Position numbers and translations under genes: made by a program. A model generated the notes under the pieces. It had not been told where the DNA came from. It ran no database searches and saw only the letters and a list, made by a program, of their open reading frames with translations. DNA of 64,000 nt, taken from assembly GCF_006345805.1 (NCBI RefSeq), contig NW_021833115.1:30696-94695 (forward strand). The letters are read 5' to 3'. Origin of the DNA: Octopus sinensis. Lineage: Eukaryota. Below, in pieces: positions 62,063 to 64,000 of this stretch; the stretch's first letter is position 1; every line of letters begins with the position of its first letter.

Positions 62063-62225
62063 ATAAAAATTAAAAAAAGGAAAATATATTGCTATAATTA
62101 ATAAGTTCAATCACGAAATATTCGCAGGAAAATGTTATTAAACATAGTTATAAACATGCGAAGGGTAAACAATTAATAAAATGCTCCCTTGTTTGCTCTG
62201 CTCTGCTCATGTCCTTGCATGATAG

Positions 62226-62366
62226 GGCTGGGGTTATCCTAGACCAGCGGTCTCAGCGGCGTCATCGTACGTAGAACCGACCAGCCACAGGTGCCCTCAC
62301 TCGCTGGCGGTTCCGTGCCAGCCTCTCTGCGTCTGCCAAGAGGACGTTGAGTCTTGCTTATATGCT
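62226..62366 (+). CDS. Candidate internal exon of an unidentified gene
   Basis: CpG-rich single-copy island, pyrimidine tract + AG at 62224-62225, GTGAGT donor at 62367, 141 bp open in phase 0. Confidence 0.3.
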
Positions 62367-63146
62367 GTGAGTATTTAAAATAATATGCATTTGAGCATGT
62401 TGGAATTTCCCCAAACCGCCCAAAGTAAAAAAGAAAAAACGCAGTCCCTCTGCGTGATACCTTGGGTAAGTGCCTTCTACTATAGCCTCGGGCCGGCCAA
62501 ATTTTTGTGAGTGGATTTGGTAGACGGAAACTGAACAAAGCCCGTCGTATACACGTGTGCGCGCGCGCGCGAGCGCGTGTATGTGTGTGTCTGTGTGTCT
62601 GTGTCCGTGTGTTTGTGTCTGTGTTTGTCCCTCACCCCACCATTGCTTGACAACCGATGCTGGTGTCGACGTCCCCGTAATATAGCTGTTCGGCAAAAGA
62701 GACCGAAAGAATAAGTACTAGGAAGTACTAGGCTTACAAAGAACAAGTCCTGGGGTCGGGTTGTTCGACTAAACGCGGTGCTCCAGTATGGCCGCGGTCA
62801 AATGCCTAAAAGAAATAAAAGATAGATACATTCTTTTGCATTTGAGTTGAGACCGAAGATCGGTAGAATGGAAGAATTGTGGGGATATTCTGACGCAACT
62901 CAGCCAGTGTGGATATCAGCCTAACATGTTTCTCCAGAATGAAACGTTTGGGTCCAGCTGTTTGGGCGCTAGCGATATGGCACGGCTGACTAGATATTCA
63001 GTACGTCTTGGTGCTGGGGCAAACACATACACGCATACACACATGTGCCCGCATGCAAGTGAACACACATACAGACGCATACACACGCGCACACGTGTGG
63101 AAATATATGCATATAGACAGAAAGAGTGTGAGAGAGATATATTACT

Positions 63147-63498
63147 GAGTGAGAGAGCAGTGCATGCCATCAAAGTGACACTGGGGTAAATTATATGAAG
63201 CCTAGTATACTCATCACGACTACCCGTCTGATAAGGGTACACCAGGCACGTGCATCAAAACCATATGACATGGTGATCTCATATCATGAAAAACAGCGCA
63301 TGGCCTTGCAGGTGGGGCCCAGTTAGAATTTTCTTCTAGTCGAGTAGCTCATTCTGCTCAAAAGGTCCCTGAATAAGGGTTGCTTAAGGATGTTGAACAA
63401 ACCACCCATGTTTCCAGAGGCGAATTATTCAAACCCCAAAGAATCCCTCTCAGCACATGGCTCTGAGGCTCCCCCACTACTTCTGCTCGTGATCAGAG

Positions 63499-63499
<1 letters not shown>
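63147..63499 (-). mobile_element. Element A, 5'-truncated
   Basis: Reverse complement match; long (TTA)n only at its 5' side. Confidence 0.85.
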
Positions 63500-63549
<50 letters not shown>

Positions 63550-63619
63550 GCTATTATCATCATTATTATTATTATTATTATTATGATGATTATTATTATT
63601 ACTATCATTATTATTATTA

Positions 63620-63681
<62 letters not shown>

Positions 63682-63684
<3 letters not shown>

Positions 63685-64000
63685 TAGTTTTATTTTTATA
63701 GCGTGCTTTCACTTCACTACCGAGCGCAGCTCTGTGTGCCTTGGGTATGTGCTGTGATTTGTTGTGATGCTCTGATGGTTATTGCATGGAAAGTGTTCTG
63801 CGTAGGATGTGTGCAGTGCCTAGTAGTGCAATTTCTGTATGTTATATGTGTTTGTAAGTCCTGGTGTTTTTGTTATGCATTTGTCTGAATATTTTTTTAT
63901 CATGCCTAATGCACCTACTATGATAGGAATTGTTTCTGTTTTCAGATTCCACATTCTACTTACCTCTATTTCCAGGTCTTTGTATTTTGAGAGTTTCTCC
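63682..64000 (-). mobile_element. R4/Dong family 3 3' fragment running off the window
   Basis: Near-identical to 52858-53180. Confidence 0.9.

Overview
AT-rich, repeat-saturated eukaryotic DNA. The SINE families and microsatellites look like octopus/cephalopod sequence, which is an inference from recalled families. I find no intact cellular gene, operon or CRISPR array, and most long ORFs in the track are translated microsatellites. The window holds: an internally deleted Tx1-type (L1 clade) LINE nested in a SINE; R4/Dong-type LINE pieces from about four families, nearly all with the 3' end running into (TAA)n; RTE-type 3' fragments; two decayed mariners; two non-autonomous Helitrons; and many tRNA-derived SINEs. 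Five candidates stand out. (1) A 357-bp-monomer retrozyme/Penelope-type insertion with a 14-bp TSD and a U3-A8 covariant hammerhead at the tip of a long rod (57747-58640). (2) A tRNA-headed element with a minimal hammerhead, Penelope-type inverted tail and 12-bp TSD (43626-44074). (3) A Tx1 LINE and a SINE sharing a 3' tail, both targeting a 16-bp site inside that SINE and building 184-bp arrays. (4) A 556-bp non-coding retroposon restricted to (TAA)n. (5) A 10-copy ~1-kb satellite built from a dead R4/Dong 3' end. Coordinates were counted by eye; fuzzy ends may be off by a few bases.
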